From Vampirovibrionales bacterium (GTDB taxonomy: Bacteria > Cyanobacteriota > Vampirovibrionia > Vampirovibrionales > JAJTHC01), in assembly GCA_044358835.1 (NCBI GenBank), contig JBIKNF010000009.1, positions 6,174-70,173 of the forward strand: a stretch of 64,000 nt of DNA. Direction: 5' to 3'. The position numbers and the translations under genes were made by a program. Positions 38,420 through 47,958 of this stretch are shown here, piece after piece; position 1 is the first letter of the stretch; each line of letters starts with the position of its first letter. The notes below the pieces were generated by a model that did no database searches, was not told the origin of the DNA, and saw only the letters and a program-made list of their open reading frames with translations.

Positions 38420-40114
38420 ATGACCCTAACTACAAACTTTAGCACTTCTTTACCGACGCCTTACATTTCCTATTGGCAAACTCAATTTGATGTGCCGGAA
38501 ACCCTCAGCGAAGAAGCCACGATTTTAGAACGTTTACAGCACACGATTTTAGACGGGCATGCCACACAGGCATCCGACTTGTTGGCACAAGCCATTCGCT
38601 TGGTGAAGGCAGATATTGTGGCCACCGAATGCTTGCTTCCTACGGCGCAACTCTTGACGGACAAATTCAATAATATGGAAATGCTCCTGCCTTTTGTCCT
38701 GCAAAGTGCGGCAATTTTGCGTCATTCATGGGAAACGGTGCTTCCCCAGTGCGTGCAGTTTAAATCGCCCGTCTCTTGTGTGATGCTAACCGTTCAAGGC
38801 GACACGCACGAAGTCGGTAAAAACATTGTGGATACCCTTTTACAAGCCCATGGAATCACTGTTCGTAATTTGGGTGCACAAGTCACTTGTTTTCAACTGC
38901 TTGAAGCAATTACCGCGCATCAACCTGATGCCGTGGTGATGAGCGGTTTGTTGATTGAATCAGCCAAGCAAATGAAACTAAATATCGCTGCCTTGGTGGA
39001 AGCGGGCATTGATTTGCCTATTGTTCTAGGGGGGCCTGCCTTAACGCCTGCTTTTGTATTGAAAGAATGTCGCCCCTTAACGAAAAGCCCTGTTTTACAT
39101 GCCCGAACGGCAATGGATACCTTGGCCTATTTACAAGGTATTGGTGAAGCGAAATCGCACCAAAAACGCTGGCATCCGCCTGCTAACGCTGAACCCCAGC
39201 CCCCCACACCAAATGAAATGATGAACCAAGCCGAAAGCCAAGGCAATGAAGCTCAATCGCTCAGCGAACGCCCAAAGCCTCGTACGCAGGTGAACCCCAC
39301 TCTTCAAATACCCGCGCCTCCGTTTTGGGGGGTAAAGGTGGTTGAACATATACCACTGGAAGCCATTTATGCGTTTTTGAATGCCAAAGTCTTGATGAGC
39401 GGGCATTGGGGCTTTCGCCGTTGGGACAAAACCCCCGAAGAGCAAGAAGGCTTTATTCAGTCTGAAATTCAACCCTTGTTTGACGCGTTAAAGTCACTGG
39501 TTGAAGAACAATCCATTTTTACGCCTAAAGTGGTGTACGGGTATTTCCCCGCTACAGCGGAAGGGGATGAAATCGTCATTTATGATCCTGAGCATCATCA
39601 CATAGAACTTAGACGCTTTAAGTTCCCACGGGGAGGCCAAAAAAACCTGTGTTTGAGCGACTATTTAATTGAAACACAAGGTGACCAAAAAGATGTGTTG
39701 GCTCTGCAATTAGTGAGTATTGGGCAAAGAGCCGCTGATTTTGATCAAACTCTCTTTGCAGAAGGCAATTACATGTTGTATTACTTGTACCATGGTTTTT
39801 CTGTGGAAATGGCCGAAGCCTTGGCGGAATACTGGCATGCGCAGGTGCGTTGCGAATTGCAAATTAACCAAAAAGAAGCGGGTAAATCGGGCTTGCAATT
39901 GTTGAAACCTTCGGCGTATCAGGGGTGTCGATACAGTTTTGGGTACCCCGCTTGCCCTAATTTGGCGGATCAAGCGATTTTAATGGACTTGCTTGACGGT
40001 GAACAAATAGGGGTGAGTTTGAGTGAAAGCTTTATGTTGATTCCTGAACAGTCGACTTCAGCCTTGGTGTTTCATCACCCTGAAGCCTATTACTTTGACG
40101 TCACGCAAGACTAA
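38420..40114 (+). CDS. metH: Cobalamin-dependent methionine synthase C-terminal half: B12 cap, B12-binding Rossmann and AdoMet reactivation domain
   Basis: DxHxxG motif 'GDTHEVGKNIV'. The C-terminal 'RYSFGYPACPNLADQAILMDLL...SALVFHHPEAYYFDV' matches the MetH activation domain. No Hcy or folate barrels in this ORF. Confidence 0.8.
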   Translation: MTLTTNFSTSLPTPYISYWQTQFDVPETLSEEATILERLQHTILDGHATQASDLLAQAIRLVKADIVATECLLPTAQLLTDKFNNMEMLLPFVLQSAAILRHSWETVLPQCVQFKSPVSCVMLTVQGDTHEVGKNIVDTLLQAHGITVRNLGAQVTCFQLLEAITAHQPDAVVMSGLLIESAKQMKLNIAALVEAGIDLPIVLGGPALTPAFVLKECRPLTKSPVLHARTAMDTLAYLQGIGEAKSHQKRWHPPANAEPQPPTPNEMMNQAESQGNEAQSLSERPKPRTQVNPTLQIPAPPFWGVKVVEHIPLEAIYAFLNAKVLMSGHWGFRRWDKTPEEQEGFIQSEIQPLFDALKSLVEEQSIFTPKVVYGYFPATAEGDEIVIYDPEHHHIELRRFKFPRGGQKNLCLSDYLIETQGDQKDVLALQLVSIGQRAADFDQTLFAEGNYMLYYLYHGFSVEMAEALAEYWHAQVRCELQINQKEAGKSGLQLLKPSAYQGCRYSFGYPACPNLADQAILMDLLDGEQIGVSLSESFMLIPEQSTSALVFHHPEAYYFDVTQD

Positions 40115-40218
40115 TACCCATTAAACGGTATGAACACACTTTCTAAAATAGAAACCTTGACCTATGTGCTTGATTGGTTAGAATAAAGATTATCACCGTT
40201 GTGCGTGAGTTTATAGAT

Positions 40219-40292
40219 CGGGCCGTGGCTCAGCTTGGTAGAGCGTTCCCTTGGGGTGGGAGAGGTCGCAGGTTCAAATCCTGTCGGTCCGA
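40219..40292 (+). tRNA. tRNA-Pro (anticodon GGG)
   Basis: Acceptor CGGGCCG/CGGTCCG with a G·U pair. Anticodon loop 'TTGGGGT'. T-arm 'GGTTCAAATCC'. Followed by a 'tatttttt' tract. Confidence 0.85.
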
Positions 40293-40376
40293 TATTTTTT
40301 ATGGACTAGGCGTATGCTTCTGAAAGCTATGCTAAAATGAATCTATCCCATTTATTAAGATAGAGAACATAACGTC

Positions 40377-42218
40377 ATGCCCTATATCCAACGAATCGAA
40401 GCCTTGCAAGCCGTTTTAAAGCAAAACCAGTGGGATGCCTTCTTGATCCCCCATAACGACGTGCATTTAAACGAATACTTGGCTGAACATGCCAAGTTGC
40501 GAGATTTTCTCATCGGTTTTACAGGCTCTGCGGGTGATGCTCTGGTGCTTCAAGACACCGTATGGCTTTTTGCGGATGGTCGTTATTACGAACAGGCTGA
40601 AGCCGAAGTCCCACAAACGCATGTAAAGGTCTCTAAAATCGGGCTGGAAGGCCAACCTACTTTAAAAGAATGCTTGGCAACACTGGCTCAGGGGGCGGTT
40701 GTGGCGTATGATCCGAAAACCGTCAGTGCCTCCTTATTGGCGGGGCTAGAAGAGACTACAGCACCTTTGGCCCTACGTTTTTTAGCCGTAGAAGAAAACC
40801 CTGTTCAAGTGCTGTTTTTATCTTGCACATCAAAAGGGGGGATGCCCGCTAATTGCTCGCCTTCTTGGCAAACGGTGGATGCCCACGTCCACGGACGCCC
40901 CACTCAAGACAAGCTGAGCTGGTTGCAACGCGCTTTGGCAGACGCGTCTTGTGACGGTATCCTTGTTAGTAAGCTAGATGACATCGCGTGGTTCACCAAT
41001 ACCCGCGGGCGCGATATTCCTTACAACCCTGTGTTTCACGCCTTTTTGTGGGTGGATTCCACCCAAGCCCTCCTGTTTGCGGATGCTCCTGATGTGAGTC
41101 CTTCCACCCAACAGGCGATTCATCACCTAAAAGAAAATGGCCTTACCCTAAGGCCCTATGCGTCGATTTGGGAAGAATTGCCAAAGCTTGCTTACCATAA
41201 AACCGTTTACTGGACGCCTGCAGCCCATAGCCAAGCGGTTGCTAATGCTTTGTCTCAAGACGGCACGCGTCTTAAGATTGGGCCGAATCTACTTCAACGA
41301 AAAAAATTCGTTAAAACTGCCGAAGAACTGGCGGGAATGCGAGAAGCCAACGTACGTTCTTCTGTGGCGGTGATTCGAACCTTGGCGTGGCTGGATGCGC
41401 AAGCAAAAGCGGGTCAATTCGTTTCTGAAAGGGAGTTGGCCGACACCATTGACGCCTTTTATAAGGCGGAAGGGGCCGTGGAGTTGAGCTTCAATACCAT
41501 TGCAGGGATAGGGCGTCATAGTGCGGTGATTCATTACGGTACACCGTCTTCAGTAGTAAAGGCGTCTAGGGGAGACTGGATTTTACTCGATTCAGGTGCG
41601 CAATACCCCTTTGGTACGACTGATATTACACGAACCACTACGTTTGATCAAACCGTGCTAAGCCCCGTCCATAAGCACGCGTATACCCATGTGCTAAAGT
41701 CTCATATTGCCGGAGCCTCCGCCGTGTTTCCCAAAGGCACAACAGGGGCTCAGTTGGATGGCGTGTGTCGTTACCCGTTATGGCAAGCGGGTTATGATTA
41801 TGCGCATGGCACAGGGCATGGGGTGGGGTGCTTTTTAAACGTGCATGAAGGACCCAACGGCATTTCAAAGGTATACACCGAACCCATGACGTTGCATACG
41901 GTTAATAGCATCGAACCCGGTTACTATGTGCCCGATTGGGGGGGCATTCGTTTAGAAAACCTCGCGATAGTCGTACAATCCAACCAAGCCTTGCAAGCAG
42001 GTACGCCTCAAGGGGTGTGGTATGGTTTTGAACTGTTGAATTGGATCCCCTTTGCCACGCATTTAATTGAAGAAGCCTTGCTGACTTCAGCAGAAAAAAG
42101 TTGGTTGGCGTGGTATCATATCACCAGTTTTGAAAAAATGAGCCCCCGCTTACAAGGTAAAGACGAAGTGGGGCTGGAATGGTTGCATCAAACCTGCCAA
42201 GGCTTTGGCACGGTGTAG
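40377..42218 (+). CDS. pepP: Xaa-Pro aminopeptidase (M24B, three-domain aminopeptidase P)
   Basis: 613 aa. 'pita-bread' catalytic C-domain with 'HGTGHGVGCFLNVHEGP' and 'EPGYY' metal-ligand motifs. Confidence 0.85.
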   Translation: MPYIQRIEALQAVLKQNQWDAFLIPHNDVHLNEYLAEHAKLRDFLIGFTGSAGDALVLQDTVWLFADGRYYEQAEAEVPQTHVKVSKIGLEGQPTLKECLATLAQGAVVAYDPKTVSASLLAGLEETTAPLALRFLAVEENPVQVLFLSCTSKGGMPANCSPSWQTVDAHVHGRPTQDKLSWLQRALADASCDGILVSKLDDIAWFTNTRGRDIPYNPVFHAFLWVDSTQALLFADAPDVSPSTQQAIHHLKENGLTLRPYASIWEELPKLAYHKTVYWTPAAHSQAVANALSQDGTRLKIGPNLLQRKKFVKTAEELAGMREANVRSSVAVIRTLAWLDAQAKAGQFVSERELADTIDAFYKAEGAVELSFNTIAGIGRHSAVIHYGTPSSVVKASRGDWILLDSGAQYPFGTTDITRTTTFDQTVLSPVHKHAYTHVLKSHIAGASAVFPKGTTGAQLDGVCRYPLWQAGYDYAHGTGHGVGCFLNVHEGPNGISKVYTEPMTLHTVNSIEPGYYVPDWGGIRLENLAIVVQSNQALQAGTPQGVWYGFELLNWIPFATHLIEEALLTSAEKSWLAWYHITSFEKMSPRLQGKDEVGLEWLHQTCQGFGTV

Positions 42219-42356
42219 GTCTTTTTTGGGTGAAAAACATCAAAAAGGCTACCATGCTTAAAAATCGTGTGTTTTAAGCACTGGGTTAAGAAGGCTTACT
42301 TTGCTATACTAAATGGAGTTGAACAAAGCGTAAAAAAGGAAAGAAGAAGAAGACTT

Positions 42357-42638
42357 ATGGAACATACCAACCTAATGAACGCCTTATTGGCCTCTTCGCC
42401 TTGGCAGCTTGGCCTGTGGATGAGTGCCTGTGGGGTGGGCGTACTTTCTTGGTTACTAACGCTGAAAGTTTTTGTGTCTTACGGGGAACATAATGAACTC
42501 AAAGCTTATGTGGCTGAACATTACCTGAAACGAAGTGAAATTCAAACGCACTTGAATGATTTACATCAACAATTGCAGTCCATGCAACAACAGTTGAATC
42601 TCATGCAACAGGCCTTGTATCGTGCGTTGAACAAATAA
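42357..42638 (+). CDS. Small hypothetical protein: one TM segment plus Gln-rich coiled coil
   Basis: Start at 42357 with a strong 'aaaaaaggaaag' RBS. 'LQSMQQQLNLMQQALYRAL'. Lies upstream of fliW-csrA. Confidence 0.4.
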   Translation: MEHTNLMNALLASSPWQLGLWMSACGVGVLSWLLTLKVFVSYGEHNELKAYVAEHYLKRSEIQTHLNDLHQQLQSMQQQLNLMQQALYRALNK

Positions 42639-42793
42639 GAAATGGGGGAAGAGATCTTCGAAAGATTCAGAGGAGGCGTCCCCTGTTTAAATGAAAAAAA
42701 GGACGTTGAAATCCGAAACAAGAAAAACAAGCCAAAAATCATGTAAACTTGTAAAATAATAGAGAGAATCCATTTTTTTAGGAGCCCCCTTGT

Positions 42794-43315
42794 ATGACTA
42801 TGTCTCCCCCATTACGTCAATTCCAAACGGAACGATTTGGTGCCGTTAGCGTGGATGAAGCCTCTATCATTACGTTTGTACAACCCATTTTGGGCTTTGA
42901 TTTGCTCAAAGAGTTTGCTTTGTTTGATCATGATGAGGATTCGCCCTTTAAATGGTTACAGTCTTTAGAAGACCCTACGTTGGCGTTTGTGGTGACGAAC
43001 CCCACGTTGTTTGGGCATAATTATGAGTTTAACTTGCCTCAAGAAGCGTGTTCGATTCTAAACATTCAACGTGCGGAAGAGGCTCAAGTCCTTACCTTGG
43101 TGACGGTTCCTGAAGAAAATCCCTTACACATGACGGCGAATTTTTTAGGTCCCCTTGTTTTTCATAGTGAAACCCGTCAGGCGATGCAACTTATTTTAGC
43201 AGACCCTGAAACGTATGGGACAAAAGTACGACTCATTCCTGATGAAGCCATCGATGCGGACGGTTCCATTCAACTTGAAGTGATTCGAAGCAAGCAAACG
43301 CAAGTGAACTCCTAA
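42794..43315 (+). CDS. fliW: Flagellar assembly factor FliW
   Basis: 'FQTERFGAVSVDEASIITFVQPILGFDLLKEFALF...DSPFKWLQSLEDPTLAFVVTNP' is the canonical FliW. Confidence 0.85.
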   Translation: MTMSPPLRQFQTERFGAVSVDEASIITFVQPILGFDLLKEFALFDHDEDSPFKWLQSLEDPTLAFVVTNPTLFGHNYEFNLPQEACSILNIQRAEEAQVLTLVTVPEENPLHMTANFLGPLVFHSETRQAMQLILADPETYGTKVRLIPDEAIDADGSIQLEVIRSKQTQVNS

Positions 43316-43363
43316 ACGAGTCGTTGTTTGCTGATGTAACACTTTTCTAAAAAGGAAGTCGAT

Positions 43364-43642
43364 ATGCTTGTTTTGAGCCGTAAATTGGGTGAAAAAATTG
43401 TCATAGACAATGAAGTTTTTGTCACCATATTGGATGTACGTGGGGATGTCGTGAAGCTTGGTGTGGAAGCCCCCAAACACGTGATGGTGCATCGTGAAGA
43501 AATTTATAAAGAAATCGTGGTCAGCAATAAGCAGGCTCAACAAAAGGCGAATACTCACCCTTCAGTCAGTGACACCCTAACTAAAGTGACCACCCTTTCT
43601 AAAAAAGGGGCTCCTCCTAAAATCAATCAAAATAGCCAGTGA
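43364..43642 (+). CDS. csrA: Carbon storage regulator CsrA with C-terminal extension
   Basis: '[48 protein letters not shown]'. Confidence 0.9.
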   Translation: MLVLSRKLGEKIVIDNEVFVTILDVRGDVVKLGVEAPKHVMVHREEIYKEIVVSNKQAQQKANTHPSVSDTLTKVTTLSKKGAPPKINQNSQ

Positions 43643-43656
43643 TCGTCTTTTAAGGG

Positions 43657-44418
43657 GTGAGATTTATGTTTACACGAACGTCAGCCAAAGAAGTGGCCTT
43701 ACTCCACTGGGACGATCTGCTACCTGCCCGCCACGCCCTCTTTGTTGAAAAGGATGCTCGTAAGGCCCTCCAGTTGTTGCCGATTGATCCTTTGGGGGGG
43801 GGGGTATCTAGTCAAAGTATCCCTTTTCAGAATGCTTTGATTGATGTAGCCAGTCAAGCTTATCTTCAAACGGGGCAACTCAAAGAAGCCACCCTACTAT
43901 GGAAACGATATGGACGTTTTGAACAAGCCTGTTTGGGCTTTATTTGTATGCGACAATATCAACCCGCACGAGAAATGATTGCTTCCTTAACCCCTAAGCG
44001 ACAGGCATATTGGGCAGAAGTGGTGTTTCGAGCGTGTAGTAATCAGTTGAATGTATGGCCGAGTTTCCTGCACTTACGTAACCGATTAGAAGGCGACTTG
44101 ATGCTGATGTTTCGCTTTGACGCGCTAGACTGCATGGAACAAGTGATGGCTTACCTCAATAGTTTTGCCTTACTAAACCCTGAAGTCTTTAAGCTGGTGG
44201 GGCGTGTGTTTACGACCAATGGTTTATTGCAACAGGCGTATTTTTTACTGCAACGTAGTTTGGAAAAAAATCCGCTGGATCCTGAAAATTATTTTCACTT
44301 GGGGCAGTTGTACCTTGAAATGAAACAGCGTCACAAGGCCAAGCTGATGTTACGGCAAGCCCTTTCAATCAATGCAGAATATACCCCTGTTCAGGACTTG
44401 TTGGCATCGTTGAAGTAA
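43657..44418 (+). CDS. Hypothetical TPR-like protein containing an in-frame G11 homopolymer
   Basis: 253 aa, helical repeats. G11 at 43794..43804 encodes 'LGGGV'. Confidence 0.5.
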   Translation: MRFMFTRTSAKEVALLHWDDLLPARHALFVEKDARKALQLLPIDPLGGGVSSQSIPFQNALIDVASQAYLQTGQLKEATLLWKRYGRFEQACLGFICMRQYQPAREMIASLTPKRQAYWAEVVFRACSNQLNVWPSFLHLRNRLEGDLMLMFRFDALDCMEQVMAYLNSFALLNPEVFKLVGRVFTTNGLLQQAYFLLQRSLEKNPLDPENYFHLGQLYLEMKQRHKAKLMLRQALSINAEYTPVQDLLASLK

Positions 44419-44687
44419 GCGTCAATAGCTTGTGCCAGTGCGATGTCTTTGTCAGAAAGACCGCCTGAATCGTGTGTGCTGAGTTGAATGTGGACACGAT
44501 TGTAGACGTTCGACCAATTCGGGTGATGATCCATGGCTTCAGCGTGCAAGGCGACATAGCTCATAAACGCCCAAGCGTGTTTAAAATCGGGGAATTGAAA
44601 AGTCTTTTCAATAGAAGAGACAGGCGTCTTTACCAAGTGCCAGCCATCTAGCGATTCCACCGCCAATTCGAGTTCGTGAACTATCAT
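44391..44687 (-). CDS. Pterin-4a-carbinolamine dehydratase
   Basis: 98 aa. '[24 protein letters not shown]' is the PCD signature. Confidence 0.8.
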   Translation of the reverse strand: MIVHELELAVESLDGWHLVKTPVSSIEKTFQFPDFKHAWAFMSYVALHAEAMDHHPNWSNVYNRVHIQLSTHDSGGLSDKDIALAQAIDAYFNDANKS

Positions 44688-45406
44688 GTAATACTCCCTT
44701 TTAATGTATTAAATACCTCAATAATCGCCCTGCGATGCACCGGCCACAAGTCGTTCATTCGCTCGCCTTCAGGCAGTTCCACCGTCAACACAGGGATGCC
44801 TCGCTCTACCCCCGCCCAGTTGCCAAACGATCCTGGTGTGGGGTAGCCAATGCTGGCTTCAACAGGGTAGTCACAAGCGTGGGCGTAAAGTGTCGCCAGT
44901 TCTTGGGTTTGAGGCAAGGGCCCGTCGTAATTAATGAGGCGATACGGCGTGTGGTAGCTCACAATCAACGTGGGGGTGGTGTTGTTTACCAGTTGAGCGA
45001 TGTGCCGGCTTTCAGGTTCGCTAAAGGGGAGCGTCCCTCCATGGTAGGGATCTTCAGGCGAAGAGGCTTGCCAGTTGTGGGTTTCAAAATTTCGGTTTAG
45101 GTCGACGTCACGCTTGTTTTTTCGGGTCTTGCGCAATAAGCCGTCAGGGTTTACGATGGGCACAACGCCCACTCGCAACCCTTCACCTAGCGTGGCATCA
45201 TGATGCAAATCGTGCAGGAGCCGAAAGCAAAGTTCTGCCGATTCAGGCTCATCCCCGTGAAAGGCCCCTAAAAATAAGGCATCTAGGGGGGGGGTGTTTT
45301 CTAAAGAAGAAAAGGGGGGGCAGGCTTGTACGTCAAAATGGTAAAAATCCACACGCAGGCCTTGCACTGAATGCCCTAAACACAAATGCTGAACGTTGTT
45401 TCGCAT
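44684..45406 (-). CDS. M14-type zinc carboxypeptidase-like protein (MpaA / succinylglutamate desuccinylase-aspartoacylase superfamily)
   Basis: 240 aa. Zn-ligand context '[10 protein letters not shown]', 'DLNRNF', and a downstream His. Overlaps the PCD gene start by 4 nt. Confidence 0.65.
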   Translation of the reverse strand: MRNNVQHLCLGHSVQGLRVDFYHFDVQACPPFSSLENTPPLDALFLGAFHGDEPESAELCFRLLHDLHHDATLGEGLRVGVVPIVNPDGLLRKTRKNKRDVDLNRNFETHNWQASSPEDPYHGGTLPFSEPESRHIAQLVNNTTPTLIVSYHTPYRLINYDGPLPQTQELATLYAHACDYPVEASIGYPTPGSFGNWAGVERGIPVLTVELPEGERMNDLWPVHRRAIIEVFNTLKGSIT

Positions 45407-45567
45407 AACAGGGGGAGTCTTTCCTTTTTACATTATTATAAGCCTTCAGCGTCAAAACGGCCATAGAAAGCGCTGCGAAAGGGAGCTTTCTATAAAAAAA
45501 CCCCCGTGCTACCGAAGTATCACAGGGTTCTGGCTTTTCTCTCTAAGGTAAAATAAAAAAATAAAAC

Positions 45568-45912
45568 TTAAATGATTTTTTGATCTAAAAGGCTTTGAGC
45601 AAGACGTTCGGAATCAAGGGAATCTAGGTAAGCGTTCAATCCTTCAGGGCTTTGGAATTGGGTTTTTAATTCAGCAAGGCGTTCGTTGGGAAGGACTGCT
45701 TGGGCTTGAAGCTTACGAAGGAACTTGAGGGTTTCCGCTTCAGAAGAAACTTTGCTTTTGGCTTCTTCAGAAATACTGATGTTTTCAGTGCTTTTTTCTT
45801 CTTGAAGGGAAGCGGGGGTCAATTTCACTAATGAATCTGCTTGGACTGGTGTCAACCGAACGGTTGAACTGGTGGCTGAACTCAAGCGTGAAGATTGAAT
45901 GGAATCTACCAT
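45568..45912 (-). CDS. flgM: Anti-sigma-28 factor FlgM-like
   Basis: 114 aa, Ser/Thr-rich N-half. The C-terminal 'ERLAELKTQFQSPEGLNAYLDSLDSERLAQSLLD' parallels Salmonella FlgM '[27 protein letters not shown]'. Confidence 0.55.
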   Translation of the reverse strand: MVDSIQSSRLSSATSSTVRLTPVQADSLVKLTPASLQEEKSTENISISEEAKSKVSSEAETLKFLRKLQAQAVLPNERLAELKTQFQSPEGLNAYLDSLDSERLAQSLLDQKII

Positions 45913-46347
45913 GATCTTAGGTCTCCGCAGTGTTTTAGGTGTGTGTTAGATGTAGGGTCTCTCTCTAAGTTAAATCACAATGCAGTTTAATGCTATCATA
46001 ATTCATTCTGATGGAGTGATTGCATTTTGCTATATCATCAGTTTAGAGGATTTTTATACATCGAGCATCAATCCTAAGATTAAATCTCCTTTTAAGTGGT
46101 TTGAAAAACAGAAGGTTTTACTATTATACACGAAAGTGCTAAAAGCAATAGTTTATGTTGAAAAATTTAAAAAATGTTTCACATAACATATGAGTATTAT
46201 TCTACCTCATAATTCTAAAAAAGGGAAAGGGTTCTTAATAAATGTTTACATCCAATTATAAAAACAATCGATTAACGGACGGGGGCTTACTAAACACGGC
46301 CTAAAGGCCCGTGTGGTGAACCATTTACCTAGTCCACATAAAGCAAT

Positions 46348-46369
46348 GGAACGATTCTGATATCGTTCC
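46348..46369 (-). terminator. Perfect 8-bp hairpin downstream of the 46415..46930 gene
   Basis: 'ggaacgat tctgat atcgttcc'. Weak T-tract. Confidence 0.3.
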
Positions 46370-46414
46370 AGGGGAATTATTTGGGAATCTGAATGCTTTA
46401 TTTAGTCATTAATC

Positions 46415-46930
46415 CTAAGACGCACTAGGCAAGACGGTTAAACAACCTTCTAGTTCAAGTTTGTCAATGTAATCGTAAGCGTCTTGCTCGCTTTCGCTGA
46501 CCCACATCAATAAGAGTTGTTCAAAAACAGCCCCATTGGCTTCTAACCCATAAGATTCACAACGCCCCATGTATGTGTGTAACAAGGCGGTGCTTTCGTT
46601 GAGTACGCGGGCAATTTCTCGACGCGCATGATCATCCATTAAGTACAAAGCGTTAAAGCTCCGGTAGGCGTACTTGTTTTTGTCGTACCAACGTTTACGA
46701 CCCATAGATTTTAACAGGGAAAGGTGCTTGTCGCTGCCGTGTTGCAACATAAAACTTTCGCTGTTTTTAAGTTGCATTTCACTGGCTTGGCGAATAATGA
46801 CTTTGGCATACGCTTCCACTTGCCATTGGTTCATGCGCTTTAAGTTCGTCACTAAGGCCAGTACTTCTTTGTCTTTTTCATACCAACGGGACCAAATCTG
46901 TTTGTTTGACATAACAATCATCACTTCCAT
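46415..46930 (-). CDS. Hypothetical orphan protein in an AT-rich island
   Basis: 171-aa ORF. The probable start is 'MSNKQIW' at 46912. No recognisable family. Flanked by ~500 bp of AT-rich noncoding DNA. Confidence 0.45.
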   Translation of the reverse strand: MEVMIVMSNKQIWSRWYEKDKEVLALVTNLKRMNQWQVEAYAKVIIRQASEMQLKNSESFMLQHGSDKHLSLLKSMGRKRWYDKNKYAYRSFNALYLMDDHARREIARVLNESTALLHTYMGRCESYGLEANGAVFEQLLLMWVSESEQDAYDYIDKLELEGCLTVLPSAS

Positions 46931-47070
46931 TATACTTACGCTAAACTAAATAAAAGAGGGTGCACGGTTTTATTCGTGTACGTTTTTATGTTCGTATTAT
47001 GATGATATAATCTTTAATCCTTTGTTACAAATCATTTACATTATTTCATCTTAAAGTAAGGTTACCACTA

Positions 47071-47952
47071 ATGACTTCTGATCGTCCTTTCGTAAACAGC
47101 GTAGAAGCTTTACACCGTCGCATTAAAGACGTGCGTCACTTTTTGAACCCCAAATTAAAAAGTCCCTTAAAAGCGGTGGTTATTTTAGGTTCGGGTTTGG
47201 GGGCATTGGCTGAAAATGACGCCTTTAACGTTCAAGAACGTATTGCCTATCAACAGATTCCTCATTTCCCCATTTCCACCGTAGAAGGCCATGCGGGCGA
47301 ATTGATTTTAGCCACCTTAAAAGGTGTGCCAGAACCTGCCACCATTGCCTTAATGAAAGGGCGCTTTCACTATCACGAAGGCTATAGCATGCAAGAAGTG
47401 GTGTTTCCTCTTCAGGCATTGAGTTATTGCGGGGCTGAAACCGTGATTATTTCTAACGCTGCTGGGGGCTTGCAAAAGGCGTTTTACCCCGGTGCGTTAA
47501 TGTGGATCAACGATCAAATCAACCTCACAGGAAGTAATCCCTTGATTGGGACAAATCCTGATTTCTTAGGGCCTCGTTTCTTTGACATGACCTCCCCCTT
47601 TTGTTCAGAACTTAGGCACGTGGCGATGAATTACGCCCAAGCGCAAGGCTTTAAGTTATTTGAAGGCGTGTATGCTGGGGTGACGGGCCCCGCCTATGAA
47701 ACGCCTGCTGAAATTAAGATGATGGGCCTGATGGGGGCTTCTGCGGTGGGTATGTCTACGGTTTCAGAAGTGTTGGCAGCACGTCATGCAGGCATGCGTA
47801 TCGCCGCCATTTCTTGCATTTCAAACTTAGCAGCCGGAATGCAAGGCAAGGATTTAAACCATGAAGAAGTCATGGCCATGGCCACCAACAGCACGGTGGG
47901 TCTTCGCTTTCAGGGGCTGGTGATTGAGTTACTGCATCATATTCTGGCCTAA
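47071..47952 (+). CDS. punA: Purine nucleoside phosphorylase (PNP-I, PunA/DeoD-II type)
   Basis: 'AVVILGSGLGALAEN', 'HAGELILATLKGVP', 'GVTGPAYETPAEIKMM', 'MSTVSEV'. Confidence 0.85.
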   Translation: MTSDRPFVNSVEALHRRIKDVRHFLNPKLKSPLKAVVILGSGLGALAENDAFNVQERIAYQQIPHFPISTVEGHAGELILATLKGVPEPATIALMKGRFHYHEGYSMQEVVFPLQALSYCGAETVIISNAAGGLQKAFYPGALMWINDQINLTGSNPLIGTNPDFLGPRFFDMTSPFCSELRHVAMNYAQAQGFKLFEGVYAGVTGPAYETPAEIKMMGLMGASAVGMSTVSEVLAARHAGMRIAAISCISNLAAGMQGKDLNHEEVMAMATNSTVGLRFQGLVIELLHHILA

Positions 47953-47958
47953 AGTCTT

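Noticed and set aside
44391-44418. 28-bp convergent overlap between the TPR-like gene (+) and the pterin dehydratase gene (-)
   Set aside because: Short 3'-end convergent overlaps are common. Neither gene looks mis-called, so this is not treated as a feature.
45980-46186. 68-aa ORF in the AT-rich spacer upstream of flgM
   Set aside because: It has very AT-rich, low-complexity Ile/Lys/Phe content, no RBS and no homology. It is probably noncoding.
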